Made by a program: the position numbers and the translations under genes
In this document: in pieces, positions 21,140-34,408 of the stretch
Position numbering within the stretch: the first letter of the stretch is position 1
Layout: every line of letters starts with the position of its first letter
NCBI RefSeq assembly: GCF_009914755.1
Contig: NC_060939.1
DNA: 64,000 bases
Source of the DNA: the human T2T-CHM13v2.0 reference genome, Homo sapiens
Reading direction: 5' to 3' (one strand)
Notes under the pieces: generated by a model
What the model was told of the DNA's origin: nothing
Database searches by the model: none
What the model saw: the letters and a program-made list of their open reading frames with translations, nothing else

Positions 21140-22140
21140 AACATTATTCATTAAATATATATTTAATGAATACCCATTGAGTCAGGAAATGTTTTAGGTA
21201 CTGCAGATATAGCAATGCAGAAAACAAAGATACTGCCCTGAGGGAACTTATATTCTAATGTGGAGTGAGAGAGGCAATAATAATTAAATATATAAAATAA
21301 CAGTAGATGGTGACCCATGATTAGAAGATAAGGCTAAGAAAACAGCACATTGGTGGATGTGGCAATCTCTTTTATATAGGATACACAGGGAAGGTTTTGC
21401 TGATTTGGGTGACATTTCAGCAGAGAACTGAGTGAAATGAGGAATGAACCATATATACAAAGGCAAGTGAGTGCCAGGCCAAGGAAACAGCAAATGTAAA
21501 GGCCCTGAGGTGGGTATGTGCTTTGTGCATTGATGGAACAAAGAAGGCTGTGTGGGACTGGTACCAGAAAGGAGTGAGAGGTAAGTACACAGAAGACAGG
21601 GAAGAAATCAGGGCCTGATCATGTCAGATGTTGCCAGACAGGGTGAAAACTTTGGAACTTATTCTAGTTGTGATGTGATACCATGAGAGGGTTTTGAGTA
21701 GAGGATGGAATCAGATTTAGGTTTTCAAAGTTTCACTCTACCTGGTAGACAAAAAACTGAAAATGGCACACTGGCAAATATAGGGTGATCAATGAGAAGA
21801 CTACTACAGTAATTCAGGTGACAGATGATGGTGCCTTCAAGAGTAGTAATCATCAAGATAGAGAGAAATGACTGGATTTCAGATTTATTCTAGGGGTAGA
21901 ACACACAAGATTTGCTGATAGATGGGATACAGTGTAAAACAGAATGAAAGAAGTCAAGAACGATTCCAAAGCTTTTGGCTTTAGTCAAAGAGGTAAATAG
22001 AAATGCCACTTGCTGAGACGTAAGATACAGGAGGACAGGCATGTTTGAGGGGAGAGGAATCAAGAACGGTTTTGGCTATGCTACTGGACATCCAAATGAA
22101 GATGCTGAAAAGGCAGCAGGATTATACAACTTTGGAGTTT
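21140..22140 (-). mobile_element. L2 fragment
   Basis: cattcattaaatatatatttaatgaatacc 3' end and aaaggccctgaggtggg motif typical of L2. Confidence 0.6.
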
Positions 22141-23949
22141 AGAAAGAAATCATCCTCATCATGTTCTCTCCTGATTTCTATTTCCCAGGAGACAGAGTAT
22201 GTTGTCTCTAAGACATTTACACCTCAAATACTATTTGGCCCTGTGTGACCTGCCTCTGGAAGTTCCTGGACGAACTTTCCATCCAAAGGCACAATGTAGT
22301 TAAAAAGGGGTAATGACTAGAAAGAGCAATAATTACTGCTGCTCAAATCTGGAAATAAAGCACTTTTGAAGCAGGAGGCAGTTAATGGCCTCTTGTAACC
22401 TAATATGTACCTAAGCACCTTAGGAACCAAAGAGCATTTCTCCTGTTCGGTGGGTGATCAAGGAAGGCCAAAAGCTACCTATTGTTTCAAAACTGTGTTC
22501 CTGAAAACCACAGGTGCAAGGAATCTTTACTGTGACAAAGTGGAGTTGGTGAGAGTCTAGGAGCACTATGTGCTAATGGTCCAACAGGAGATCAGAGTCA
22601 AGGATTCTGACGAGCTAAGTCAAGTGTAGCCACAGCTGCATTAATCCCTTTCAGAAACATATGTCCTTAGCTGAGTTGGGTACCCCCTCATCCATGTTGC
22701 AATAATAGGCAGCATATGTCTCTAGTATTATAATCTGTTCACGTGTATTTGTCCCCCAGTGTGTGTCCTAGGAGCACAGGCACTGTTTCTTATTCATCAT
22801 TGTATTACTGTCCCAAGCAAAGAGAATGGCCCGTGTAGCCACCTAATAAGTATATCTGATGAAGCAATGGGGGAATTAATCCTTTCATGCAGTGTCAGGT
22901 CTTTCATTTAAAAACTTTTTCTCCTCCTCTATTTAAATGTTTAATGAGAGCATTTAATGACAGAAATTGGTTTTCTTGAGATGTCTGGAGGAAGTAGGAT
23001 TCTCCTCTTAACCCAAAGGACTAGAACTGCTTACTGTGGAGGTATGATTTTAAAGAGACCCAGAGCTGCTAAAGGAGGAAGGGTGCACATTAACATGAAA
23101 ATTCTTCGTGAAAGAACCCTACAGAAGAAGTCATCAAGAACTCTGCAAGGATGACTCGGTGACACTGTGAACAGCTGACGCACATGGTATCAGACACCAC
23201 CAAGATTCCATAAGGCCCATCATGGTTACCTATCTAGCTCAGTATAAGATCTGATTAAGGGATCTGAATCATCTTTTTATGGTCCTTGATTTCTAGGACC
23301 TAAACATTAAGAGGAAAGTTAGAAATGATTTCCTTGGTCTTTGGCGGCTGGTATCAAACCAGTCACTCACGGATAAGAGCACAATGTTCACCGTTATCCC
23401 TGAAACCTTCATTTGTATTTCAGAGCACACAAGAGATGTCTGTCCCGGCCTTCTGCACTAGTCAATCCCAAAAGGACTATGCTAGTTTTTATGGGTTAGG
23501 TTTCAAGACAGTCTGGAAACTCTTCCGCCTACAGTTAGGTAACTTGGACACTTTGGATATAAGGTAATCAACCGCTTGGCTAGATTCAAAGGTTAGCTAA
23601 CTACATGAGTTCCCTACAGGAATGAGAAATGAACGAATGATCACTAAGGGGAAAAAAAAGCATATGGTGTTAACTTGTTCAATGCCCCCAAAACCAGGGT
23701 TGACTTTCATCTAGAAAACAACACAAACATCTGGACAACTTCAAGCCCCTGGCAGGCTGAGAACTTCTTACTGCTTTGACCCTCTAAAATGAAGTCTTCG
23801 TGGGAATCAAAATGGGCCAAAGCTGAGCACAACTAAAAAGGAAAGCTCATCCTCCCACTCTGCACAGAGAGCAAAAGCAAGGGGAACTCCCCTAAATGAC
23901 TGGATCACTGGGATCACCCAAGTAGCCCCACAGACATCGATGTCTATAG

Positions 23950-24400
23950 CCGGTGGTCATCTCTCTGCCTTCTCTCATCCTAAGCCCCTCTCGTGTAGCA
24001 TCCAACCGAAGCCCACACGGATGGACGCCTGTCCACTTCCCCGGCCTCAGAAAAGATCCGGACCGCTCCTGTGCTGACTCCGCCTCGGCCCCGCGGCCCC
24101 TCGGCTCACCCCAGGCAGCCAGACAGTCGATTTGCAGAGGCAGCTTTTCTAGGATCGGCACTGGCTCGAAAGCGTCGTGCATGGCGGCAAGGGGAGAGTT
24201 GCCACCGCCGTCTCGCCCAGAGTGTTCCGGGCCGGGCTGGGGTCCGGAACGAGTCTGGGCTAAGGGTAGACCGGGATCCGGCCAGGAACCCCCCGGCTAC
24301 AGGCCCTTCAACAACACAGCCATCGTCAACCCCGGACTTCCTGCTAGTTAGGCCCGCCTCTTCCGCAGCCGAAGTCCCGCCCCTTCCTCCCGGTGCACTC
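23950..24400 (-). promoter_or_regulatory. VPS39 CpG-island promoter and 5' UTR
   Basis: The only CpG-dense stretch in the window; GC boxes (CCCGCCCC ~24376, CCCGCCT ~24353) and ETS-type GGAAG cores (~24337-24341, ~24360-24365); no TATA box seen. Confidence 0.88.
24110..24182 (-). CDS. VPS39: VPS39 coding exon 1 (MHDAFEPVPILEKLPLQIDCLAAW-)
   Basis: GCCGCCATG Kozak; 73 nt; donor G|GTGAGC; inside CpG island. Confidence 0.97.
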
Positions 24401-24792
24401 TAAATGAATTGTTTTGTTGCTGAGTTGCCATCGTCACTCTGGACCCATAGCTACTCCATCCCGAGTAGCCATGGGCTTACCATAGAAGGAACAAACTCTT
24501 AATCTTAGAACTGCTTTAGGCAGTGGGCGTGATGGTTAAAAACTCGGCCTTTGGCGTCGACCTCAGACGGAGATCTACCAATTAGGAAATTAGCTGTGAT
24601 TTAGAAAATTTAATATTTCGATGCCATACTTTCCTAATCTGCAAAATTTTTGTAAATACCTGTGACCTAGTGTCGTGAGCGCTTAGCAACACCTGACACC
24701 CACTAAGCTCTCAGTAAGTGGTAGCTTTAGTATTACCATTATATCCCAATTAGTACAAGCACCTTACCTTAATGCTTTCATGGTTGTTCTAG

Positions 24793-25355
24793 GCCAGTGG
24801 TTCTGAAAGTGGTTCTAGACCAGCAACAACAGCAGTAGCAGCAGCACCTGTGAACTTGTTAGAAATGCAAAGTTTCAGGCCCATTCCAGTTCTACTGAAT
24901 CTGAAACTCGAAGGGAACAGCAACCTATGTTTTAATAAACCCCAAGGTGAGTCCATGCACTTAAAAGCTTGAGAACCACCATTTTAGGTTAGGGTTGTTC
25001 AGCGATAGCACTACCGGCATTTAGGACAGGATAATTTCTTGTTGGGGGAGGGGGCATGTTCTGTACAATGTAAGATGTTTAACAGCATCCCTAACTTCCA
25101 CCCACCAAATGCCAGTTATCTTCCCCACAGAGGTATAAAAATGTCTCTTTTCCGTATGTCCTCTGGGAGGCAAAATTACCCTGAGAACCACCATTTGAGG
25201 CCAATGCTTTTCAAATTTAACGTGCATACAAATCACCTAGAGACATTGTTAAAATGCCTCTTTTGATTCAGTAGGACCAGAGTAAGACCCTCAGTTGAGC
25301 ACCAAAAATCTCCCAGATGTTGCTGGTCCCTGGATCACATTTTGAGTAGCAAGAG
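24793..25355. mobile_element. Cluster of three hAT-Charlie MITEs (MER5/MER20/MER3-like) upstream of the VPS39 promoter
   Basis: Repeated cagtggttct.../...tgagaaccac termini. Confidence 0.6.
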
Positions 25356-26549
25356 TTTAGGCAAGAGATGATTCACTAACTCTTGGAAGTCAGTGAAATA
25401 AGCCTCCTTTTAATTTGATGACCACATTCCTACCAATTCAACTTTCCAAAGCTGTGTCTTACATCCTAATATTCCTTTAGGAAGGTGTCATGGCTTTTCC
25501 TCCTATAGGACCTGGGACCTGTACTGTCTGCGGTTACCTTAGTATTCCCCTTGAAGACTTAAAAAACAACAAAGTTTGGGCTGCAAGAATGATCTATATC
25601 TGGTCATTTCCCCCTAGGAAAACATCGTAGGTCAAAAAATTAAGCATTTGGGTTTAAAGCAAAAATGTAAAAGAAAAAGGGTAAGTCTGTGATATGAAGT
25701 CAAAAAAACTGGTCCTGGTCATTTTATTTTTACACAATATCAGTTTCTTCATATGTAAATTAGGAATACTTGTCCCATCTTTACCAAATGCTGTTCTGAT
25801 AATCAAGTGAAAAGTACTTTCAAGTAGTCAAAAACATGAAAATTGCTAAACAAATCCTGTGTTATAGCTGATTTTCACCATAGAAGCTGATCACCTTCTT
25901 AAAAATTTAGAATTACCAGCTGTTGTGCTGGAAGGTCTAGTACCTTTTCGTTCAGGCCCAAAACCCTAAGGTTTATATTGTTTTACAGATTACTGCAAAG
26001 CTATCAATTTCTTCTGAACCTAAGAAATGACACACTATATCTATTCCCAGTAATACAGAAAGCTGTAAGTAGAATTATCAGGGCCCAGGCTATAGAACTT
26101 GAACTATACACTCCCGCTTAACACAATGGGCTTTTTTTTTTCCTAGTCTCAAGTCAACATCAAAGCAGCCTAAAAAAATAATTTGACCAACTATCCTGCT
26201 GCATTACAACTATTATTCATCTGCTACGTTTTAATATGCAATAGCAGCATGCAACAATACCACCAGCTTTTGGCTAATGACTTAGCATGAGAATATAGTC
26301 AGTTCTTCAGATTGCTGTTCCTCAGAGATACTTCCTAGGAAACTTTTTTAAAAATCACCATAGCAAAGAGTTGTAGAGAAACTACCTAAGGGTTAACACT
26401 TTCACTGCAGTATGAGTTAGTGAAGATTGTGGTCATGTGGTCATTGGTTTTAACAGAAAATAAGACAATCTAGAATAAAAGCCATAGAAAGAAATTTTTC
26501 ATGAGTTTGACAGAAAGAGTCTTTAGAAAAAGTTTGAAAAAAATGAGAA

Positions 26550-27737
26550 AAATACATTAATTTTGTTAAATTTTTTTATATTAAAAAGTGGCATGAACTT
26601 TTTATGTAGAACAAAAATCTTGGGAAGGCAAAATTGGATAAAACCATTAAAACAGAAATAGAGTGCTTCAAATGAATCCCATCACCTTGTGATGTCCCTT
26701 ATTAACAGTCTCTAAACCAATACCAGATACCAGAACAGTCCATCCTAAAGAACGAGCAGCAGTCCAGGGCCTCCACGCTACTTCATGCAATAACTGTTTA
26801 AATTAAGCCAGCAGGACCTGTTTCCTTTGTATAAGCTACAACTTCTGAAGCATTACAGTTCCTCTAGCACGGTGCTCAATCACAGCACTTGGAGCACCTC
26901 TCTGCATAAAGGCAAACAAAACATTGCCTAAGGACCCTGCAATGCCACCCTTGGAGGCTTACAAAACAGTAGTTAAAAGTTTCGGAGTGTGCACCACATT
27001 GCCAGCAATGGGATGTGTCACAATAGCAGATGTCAAAAGAGTTAAGCTAATATTTCTCTTTAAAGTACATCTGAAATAGAAAAATCTTTAATATACACCA
27101 TTTGTAAACAAAATTGCACTTGATTTTGCTTTTTTAAATGATCTGAATCATACTGTAACAGTTTCTCTTTTTTTTTTTTTTCTTTTGATCATTGATAGAA
27201 CTATGGCTCCTTAACTCAGAAGGGCCCTTTTTTCTCAAAACAACCTCTGCAAGATGTAACCTTGACTTCCCAGGAAAATGAAAGGTAGTTAACAATTTCC
27301 CCCATCACCTATGTAACTCCCTAAATAAATAAAAATTACAGGCAGTTGCTCCTGGAGATTACATATTATGGTGTTGATGACAATCTTTTAGAAGACGTTA
27401 AACTTTTTAGTTTGTCAGATTTAAAAAATGAAACATTACAGAAAGTTCAGGAACAACACACTTAAGTTGCATGAACATCCATGTCAGAGTCTGGGAGGAA
27501 AGGGGGCAGCAGTGTTGTAAATAAGAAGCTCGTAGATTTTTCTCATCTTATGAACTTGTTTTCAGTAAGATGTTCTCTTTGTTCTGACACCTCTCGCCAA
27601 CTCCAATGCCCAAAGATCAAGGAACAGATCAGGATGTCATTGCTTCCTTTAATCCCATGGAGCCGTACAGAAGACTGACACAGATGCTGATCTCTTCCCT
27701 GATGGTAGCCATCTTTAACTGCAAATCTTCCCATTCC
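26550..27737 (-). other. TMEM87A: TMEM87A 3' UTR (end approximate)
   Basis: Repeat-free sequence after the stop; candidate poly(A) hexamers ATTAAA 27092-27087 and variant CATAAA/TATAAA near 26606-26575, followed by U-rich sequence. Confidence 0.65.
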
Positions 27738-27779
27738 TTACTCCATTTTGGACCTTTCAAAGTGTGTGATCATTCGTTC
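27738..27779 (-). CDS. TMEM87A: TMEM87A terminal coding exon (ERMITHFERSKME*)
   Basis: T-tract + ccctag acceptor; TAA at 27740-27738. Confidence 0.95.
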   Translation of the reverse strand, partial: ERMITHFERSKME

Positions 27780-28924
27780 CTAGGGAAAAAAAAAAAGGTT
27801 GAAGTATATTAGGTTAAAATGATCTATATTCCAAATATCTTCTATACAGACTATCCAAGCAAACATCTTCCACGAGTACTTTATGTTAATTAAATGTTTA
27901 GAGAAATGGTTCCTAAACATTTGTGAAGATTTTGAACATACAGATGTCCAGACCTCACCCAAGAACAACTAAATCAAAAGCTCTAGGCTTCTGGACAGAA
28001 AATCAGCACTCAGAAGGAAATGTATAGAGTCAGCTAAGATCTTATGTAAACAAATATTTACATAAGATTAGGCTTTAATAAAAATGTGTAACTCCTCTAA
28101 TTCAGGAATTTCACTTGAAGACCCAGTGAAGGATGAGGGCAAAGACGTGCACCTAGTTAGCACTTTGCACTTTAGAATGGTTAGGAGGGTTGATTTGTTA
28201 TGTGTTTTTTACTACACTTTTTAAAAATCATGTAAAAAATAAAATTACATTTAATTTAATATAGTATTTACAGTATCCCATTTCAATTAAAATAATTAAT
28301 GTACTACCCTTAAATTTCCCTTCTTAGGCAATTTTATACCTTAGAGTTAATTTTCATTTTTCTTTTGCTTCATTTGCGAAGTACCTCTCACTATTGTATC
28401 ACAAACTGACAGAACTACAAATCCTTTTTGAATATAATCAATCACATCAGATAATCTATAGATGTTTCCCTTTTTCTTAAAAATATCCTTTCCGATGCTC
28501 TCTGTTCTCCACTCCATCCAAGCCTGGTGCCCAGCTGCCAACCTGAGAATTTCTTACATCATACTGGGAATTTTTCTTGTCTCTGTGTTGGACCCTTTAT
28601 TTCCTAGATCCCAAGTCTTTTTCCTAGCTTCCTCATTTTTGTGGAGAACATTTTCCCCTACTTTCTTCAGAAACTGCATATAGAACATCAATTATTTTAC
28701 TTCTTGTGTGACTAGAAACATCTTTATTTTACCCTCATAATGATAGTTTAGTTGAGTACAGAATTCTAGGTTGAAAATGATTTTCCTCAGAATTCAAAGG
28801 CTTTGTTCTGGCTCCCAAAGATGTTGTTGAAGAGCCTTATGCCATTTTGATTCCTGGTCCATCATGTAAATTGTTTCTCCTGTAATTCATTTAAGGTCTT
28901 TTTCAGTTTTAAGGGAAAAAAAGG

Positions 28925-31900
28925 CCTTGGAGAAAGTGATGTCAGCAAGATGACAGAATAGGAAGCCCTGGACACTCCTTCCCTCTACAGACACACTGAT
29001 TCAATAACACATGGAAAAATTCCCTTTGTGGGAAATCCAGAAACCAGTTGAGGGTCTTCTGCACTATAGGAAAGCATGAAACCAGCTGAATCAAAGTCGG
29101 CAGAAAAACCTGAGGCACCCTCTTGCCATAATTCTTCCCTTCCCATGGACCCAGCACAGTACCACATGATAGAGAGGAAACCCTCAGCTCCCAGCTTCTT
29201 TTTGCAGAGGGAAGGAAATGACTGGAATGTACATCCAACATTCTGACTTTTCTGGAACCTGCACGAGAGACTGTTTTCTGTCTTGCCTGAGTCCGAGAGC
29301 TAAAAACAAAGGGCCCAGGTTGGAAGTTGCTGAAATCAAAGTGGAAGTTTGGACTAGCAAGCATGAGCTCACTACAGCCGCTCCCCCAGCTCAGTGCAGA
29401 GTAAGCAGGTAGAATCCCCAACATCCCCAAATCCTAGCTTTTCCCTAGGGAGGAGAGATGGACTGTGAAAATGTTCCAACTTTGTAAGAGGTTACCTGAG
29501 GGAATGGTTTCTGTAGGGAATGGTTTGAAGCACAGATGGGACCAGTATATTTTAGGTGCCTGGGGCCAGTATGAACAAAAAAAGAGCTGGGCTATGCCAC
29601 TGGCTCCAGGAGACCCATGATACAGCAGATAAACACAAAAGGGAGCAAGAGATTATAAATTCCTGGGGAGGGAAAAACCCAGCAAATCCCTCTGATTGGG
29701 AATACATATGCAGAAGTCCAGAAAAGACATAATACAGAGTGGGTTAGAGAGGCTATCAGAATGATTGATGAGGGTGTTCTCCTGTACAATGCCAGTCCAT
29801 GAACACTGGAAAGGTAACTGTTTTTTTTTCTAATGCAATGAAACCAACACAAAGAATTAAGGAAAATAGAGAATCAGTGAAACATGGCCCAAACAAAGGA
29901 AGAAGATAAATCTCTGGAAACCAACCCCAGTGAAACAGAGGTATAGGAATTATTTGAAAGAGAATGCAAAACAACTATCATGAAGATGTTCAACGAACTC
30001 AGGAGAACAATGCATGAACAAAGTAAGAATTTCAATAAAAATATACAAAACATTTTTAAAAATATGCCAAGAAACTGGATAACCTAGAACAAAATATATA
30101 ATTCCTAGAAGTATACAATCTACCAAGACTGAATCATCAAGGAATAGAAAATCCGGGGGGGGAACACACAACCTGGTAAGACCTACAACAAGATTCCATC
30201 AGTAATCAAAAACATCCCAACAAAAAAACAGCCCAGGACCAGATGGCTTCTTTAGTTGAGTCCTACCAGGTACTTAAAGACAAAGTAACACTAATCCTTC
30301 TTAAACGCTTTCAAAAAAATTAAAGACGAAAACATTTATTTGGAAGGAACTTCCAAACTTATTCTATGAGGCCAGCATTACCCTAATGCCAAAGCCAAAG
30401 ACATGACAAGAAGAGAAACGACAGGCCAATATCCCTGATGAGCAGACGCAAAAATCTTCAATGAAACAATGGAAAACAGAATTTAACGGCACGTTGAAAG
30501 AATCACATACTATGACCAAGTGGAACAAAATAGAAAGCCCAGAAATAAAACTACACATACATGGTCAACTGATCTTCGAAAAGAGAGACAACACTACACA
30601 GTGGGGAAACTGACAGTTTCCTCAACAAATGGTGCTGGAAAAACTAGATATTCACATGAGAAAGAATGAAAGTAACTCATCTTCACTATACACAAAAATC
30701 AACTCAAAATAGATTAAAGACTTAGACAAGTCAAAATAGATTAAAGAATTAGACATAAGATTTGAAACCACAAAACTCCTAGAAGACAACCTAAGTTTCT
30801 TGAAATTGGTCTTAGCAGTGATTTCTTGTCTAAGACACCAAAAGCACAAAACAAGAGCAAAACAGACCAATGGGACTACATCAAACTAAAAAGCTTCTGC
30901 ACAGCAAGGGAAGCACACAACAGAATGAAAAGCAACCTACAGAATTGGAGAAAATATTTGCATACTACATACAGTCACGTATACTTAATGATAGGGATAC
31001 ATTCTGAGAACTGCATCATTAGGCAATTTCATAGCTGTGTGAACTTCACAGAATATACTTACACAAATCTAGATGTTATATAGCCTACTACATACCTCGG
31101 CTATATGTATAAGCCTATTGCTCTAGGCTAAAAACCTGTACAGCATGTTACTGTACTGAATACCAAAGGCAACTGGAATACAATGGTAAGTATTTGGGTA
31201 TCTAAAGTTATCTAAACATTGAAAAGGTACAGTAAAAATTCAGTATTGGCCAGGTGCGGTGGCTCACGCCTGTAATCCCAGCATTTTGGGAGGCTGAGGT
31301 GGGTGGATCACAAGGTCAGGAGACCGAGACCATCCTGGCTAACACGGTGAAACCCCGTCTCTACTAAAAAAATGCAAAAAATTTGCCGGGCGTGGTGGCG
31401 GGCGCCTGTAGTCCCAGCTACTTGGGAGGCTGAGGCAGGAGAATGGCGTGAACCCGGAGGTTCTTATGGGACCACTGTCATATATGTGGTCCGTTGCTGA
31501 CTGAAATGTGGCATAGGACTGTATCTGATCAGGGTTAATATCCAAAATATATAAGAAACCCCTACAATTCAACAGCAAAAAATCAACTAACTTGATTAAA
31601 AACTGGGCCAGGGACTGGAAGAGACATTTCTCAAAAGAGGGCTTCCAAATGGCTGACAGGTATATAAAAAAAATGCTCATCATCACTAATCATCAGAGAA
31701 ATACAAACCAAAACCACAAGGTGTCACGTCACACCTGTTAGGATGGTCATTATCAAAAAACAAAAAATAACAAATGTGGGCAAAGAAAGAAATTGGAACC
31801 CCTGTGCATTGCTGGTGGAAATGTAAAATGGTGCAATCACTATGGAAAACAGTATGAAAGCTCCTCAAAAAAATTAAAAAATAACTACCATATAATCCAG

Positions 31901-32425
31901 TAATCCCACTTCTGCATATATACCTAAAAGAAATGAAGCAGGATCTCAAAGAGAAATGTGCACTCCCATGTTCACTGCAACATTATTCACAACAGCCAAG
32001 GTATGGAAATAACCCGTGTCCACTGACAGATAAATGGATGAAGATAACATGTTACATATATACAATGGAACACTTGTCAACCTTAAAAAGGAAGGAAATT
32101 CTGACATGTGCTACAACTTAGATAAATCTTGAAGACATTATGCTAAGTGAAATAAGCAAGCCACAGGGGGACAAATGCTGCATGATTCCACTTATATGAG
32201 TTATCTAAAATAGAACTCAAAGGCAGAAATAGAATGATGGATGCCAGGCGCTGAGGGAGGGGGAAAGCAAGAGTTGCTATTCAACAGGTATAAAATTTCA
32301 TTTAAATGAGATGAAAATGTTCTAGAGATCTGCTGTACAACATTGTGCTTATACGTAATAATACTGTAACGTACACTAAAGGAGTTAAGAGAGTAGATCT
32401 CATTGTTATGTTTTCTTACCACAAA
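28925..32425 (+). mobile_element. Old fragmented L1M element(s) hosting nested Tigger3a-like and AluY insertions
   Basis: Degenerate ORF2-like peptide (MSKTPKAQ...[12 protein letters not shown]); L1MA-type 3' end near 32400. Confidence 0.75.
30971..31521 (-). mobile_element. Tigger3a/MER7-like DNA transposon, interrupted by Alu at 31248-31460
   Basis: TA|CAGTC...GACTG|TA termini; internal sequence matches my recall of the Tigger3a consensus. Confidence 0.8.
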
Positions 32426-33832
32426 AAAGCCTTATGTATACCTGGAAAATCTTGCACAGTGTTTTCACAGAGGAAAATATGAACAGATGGCTGAACTCAG
32501 TGCCACCAAATTACTATAGCAAACTTGCATTCCCATGAAGGGCACAATCAGGTTTCAATTAATCAGCCTTCTCTGCTTATAGCAGCTCATGGAGAGCTGA
32601 AGTACAAGGGAAGCCTTAAAGGCAAATAATTAGCAGAGGAAGACCTCAAGAGGGAGATGTGGGAACAGCAGAATATACCACAGAAAGCAAAGTGTTATGT
32701 AGATAGGTTCAAATCTGAATGGTAGAGTTCTCAATTATTTCAACACATAGAACAGCTAAGGAATTTGATACTGTACATGCTGTGTCAAAGATCATGTCAG
32801 TGGGAAATGAACAAAACATTTTTAGCAGCCAATTCAACACAATGAATCAGAATCAGACAAAATGCTTCCAAAAGGCTTCCTGAAAAAAAACAAAACAAAA
32901 ACAAACAAACAAAAACTCTAAAATGACCTAATATTCAGAACATATCCAGAACTAGTTTCCATGAACTCAGGCCACAATTCTTTTTCTTTTCTTTTTTTTT
33001 TTTTTTTGAGATGGGGTCTCACTCTTTTGCCCAGGCTGGAGTGGCGTAATCTCAGCTCACTGCAACCTCTGCCTCCAGGGCTCAAGTGATCCTCCCACTT
33101 CACCTCCCAAGTAGCTGAGACTACAGGTGTATGCCACCATCTCCGGCTAATTTTTGTATGTTTTGTAGAGATGGGGTTTCACCACGTTGCCCAGGCTGGT
33201 CTCAAGCTCCTGACCTCAACTGATCCTCCTGCCTAGGCCTCCCAAAGTGCTGGGATTACAGGCATGAGCCACTATACCTGGCCCACAATCCTAACATAAG
33301 ACTTCATGTGAAGCCTTCTAGATTAACTGTATGGAGGCAAACTAAAAGATTAAAAACATAAATATTAGAGGTACTAATTATAATCCTTACTATCTGAAGA
33401 AGGTAGTGACAAAAATATTATTAAATAGTAGGTAACAATTTAGATTTTGTTTTGGTCTACTATATTCCTTTCTCAATATTTTTCCTTATTATTTTTGCCA
33501 ATATTAGATTAGAGTTAAATTTGCATTTCTTACAGACAAAAGAACTAGATGGTGGAGAGTACTGTATTTACTACCCAATTTAAACAAAAACATTCTGAAG
33601 TCTGACCATATAACTTTGAAAGGTGAAACATGTATAGACAGATGCAAAGAAAGGAAGATTCTTGAATGTTTGAACTCTATTAGTATTTCTATTCTTATCC
33701 TTTTCAACTATATAAACTATAGTTTTCAGGCCACTACTGAGTCAAATAAAGAGAATCTCCATGAACAGACGATTCATGACTTTCTATTTAGTCACCATAT
33801 ACATAATTTATGCACGTGAATTGAGTACCAAC

Positions 33833-33863
33833 CTCATCTGAATCCAGAAGGGCTGGAAGTGCT
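33833..33863 (-). CDS. TMEM87A: TMEM87A penultimate 31-nt exon (ALPALLDSDE)
   Basis: ctttgcag acceptor; GAG|GTTGGT donor; phase 2-0 bridges its neighbours. Confidence 0.92.
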
Positions 33864-34352
33864 CTGCAAAGAGAGAGAAATACTAAATTGAACAATGTAA
33901 AATAAAGCCATAAATGGTTCATAAAAGACAATGGAATAATGCAATTAAAAGCTTTATAATTATCTAAGATTTGCATTTTATTAATGGCCCTTTTAGGAAA
34001 AATAAACAGCAAATACAATAAGCAACAGTTACAGAAATTGTATAGAAAAAAAACGTATTTTGCAATGCAACAGGACCAATGTTTCATTAAAATTATAGCC
34101 CTGGAAAGGAACTAAAAATTTCAAAAGGAGTATCCCATTCATTTTAAGATATACTACATAGCTAAATCTTTCTAAGCAGAAATGTCATCTGAATGAATAA
34201 ACCCAATTAATTTTGTTTGCGGATTATTCCTATTCTTTTAATTATTTTTCAGTATCTTGTATTTTCATGAGTATAACTTGCTCATTTAAAATAATAACAA
34301 AGTAGTACTAACTTTGAAATAGGATTCTTGTGGTAATCATTCAAAAACTTAC

Positions 34353-34408
34353 ACATCTGTCACAGAAGAAGGAACATTCTCTTCTACCCACTTCAAATCA
34401 TCTTCCTG
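34353..34408 (-). CDS. TMEM87A: TMEM87A exon (QEDDLKWVEENVPSSVTDV)
   Basis: 56 nt; CAG|CAG tandem acceptor; GTAAGT donor. Confidence 0.94.

Noticed and set aside
23953-24403. 132-aa and 110-aa plus-strand ORFs at the VPS39 promoter
   Set aside because: Expected in a GC-rich CpG island; non-ATG starts, low complexity and no recognisable domain.
28942-29430. 162-aa minus-strand ORF
   Set aside because: Lies antisense within an old L1M 5' region; non-ATG start.
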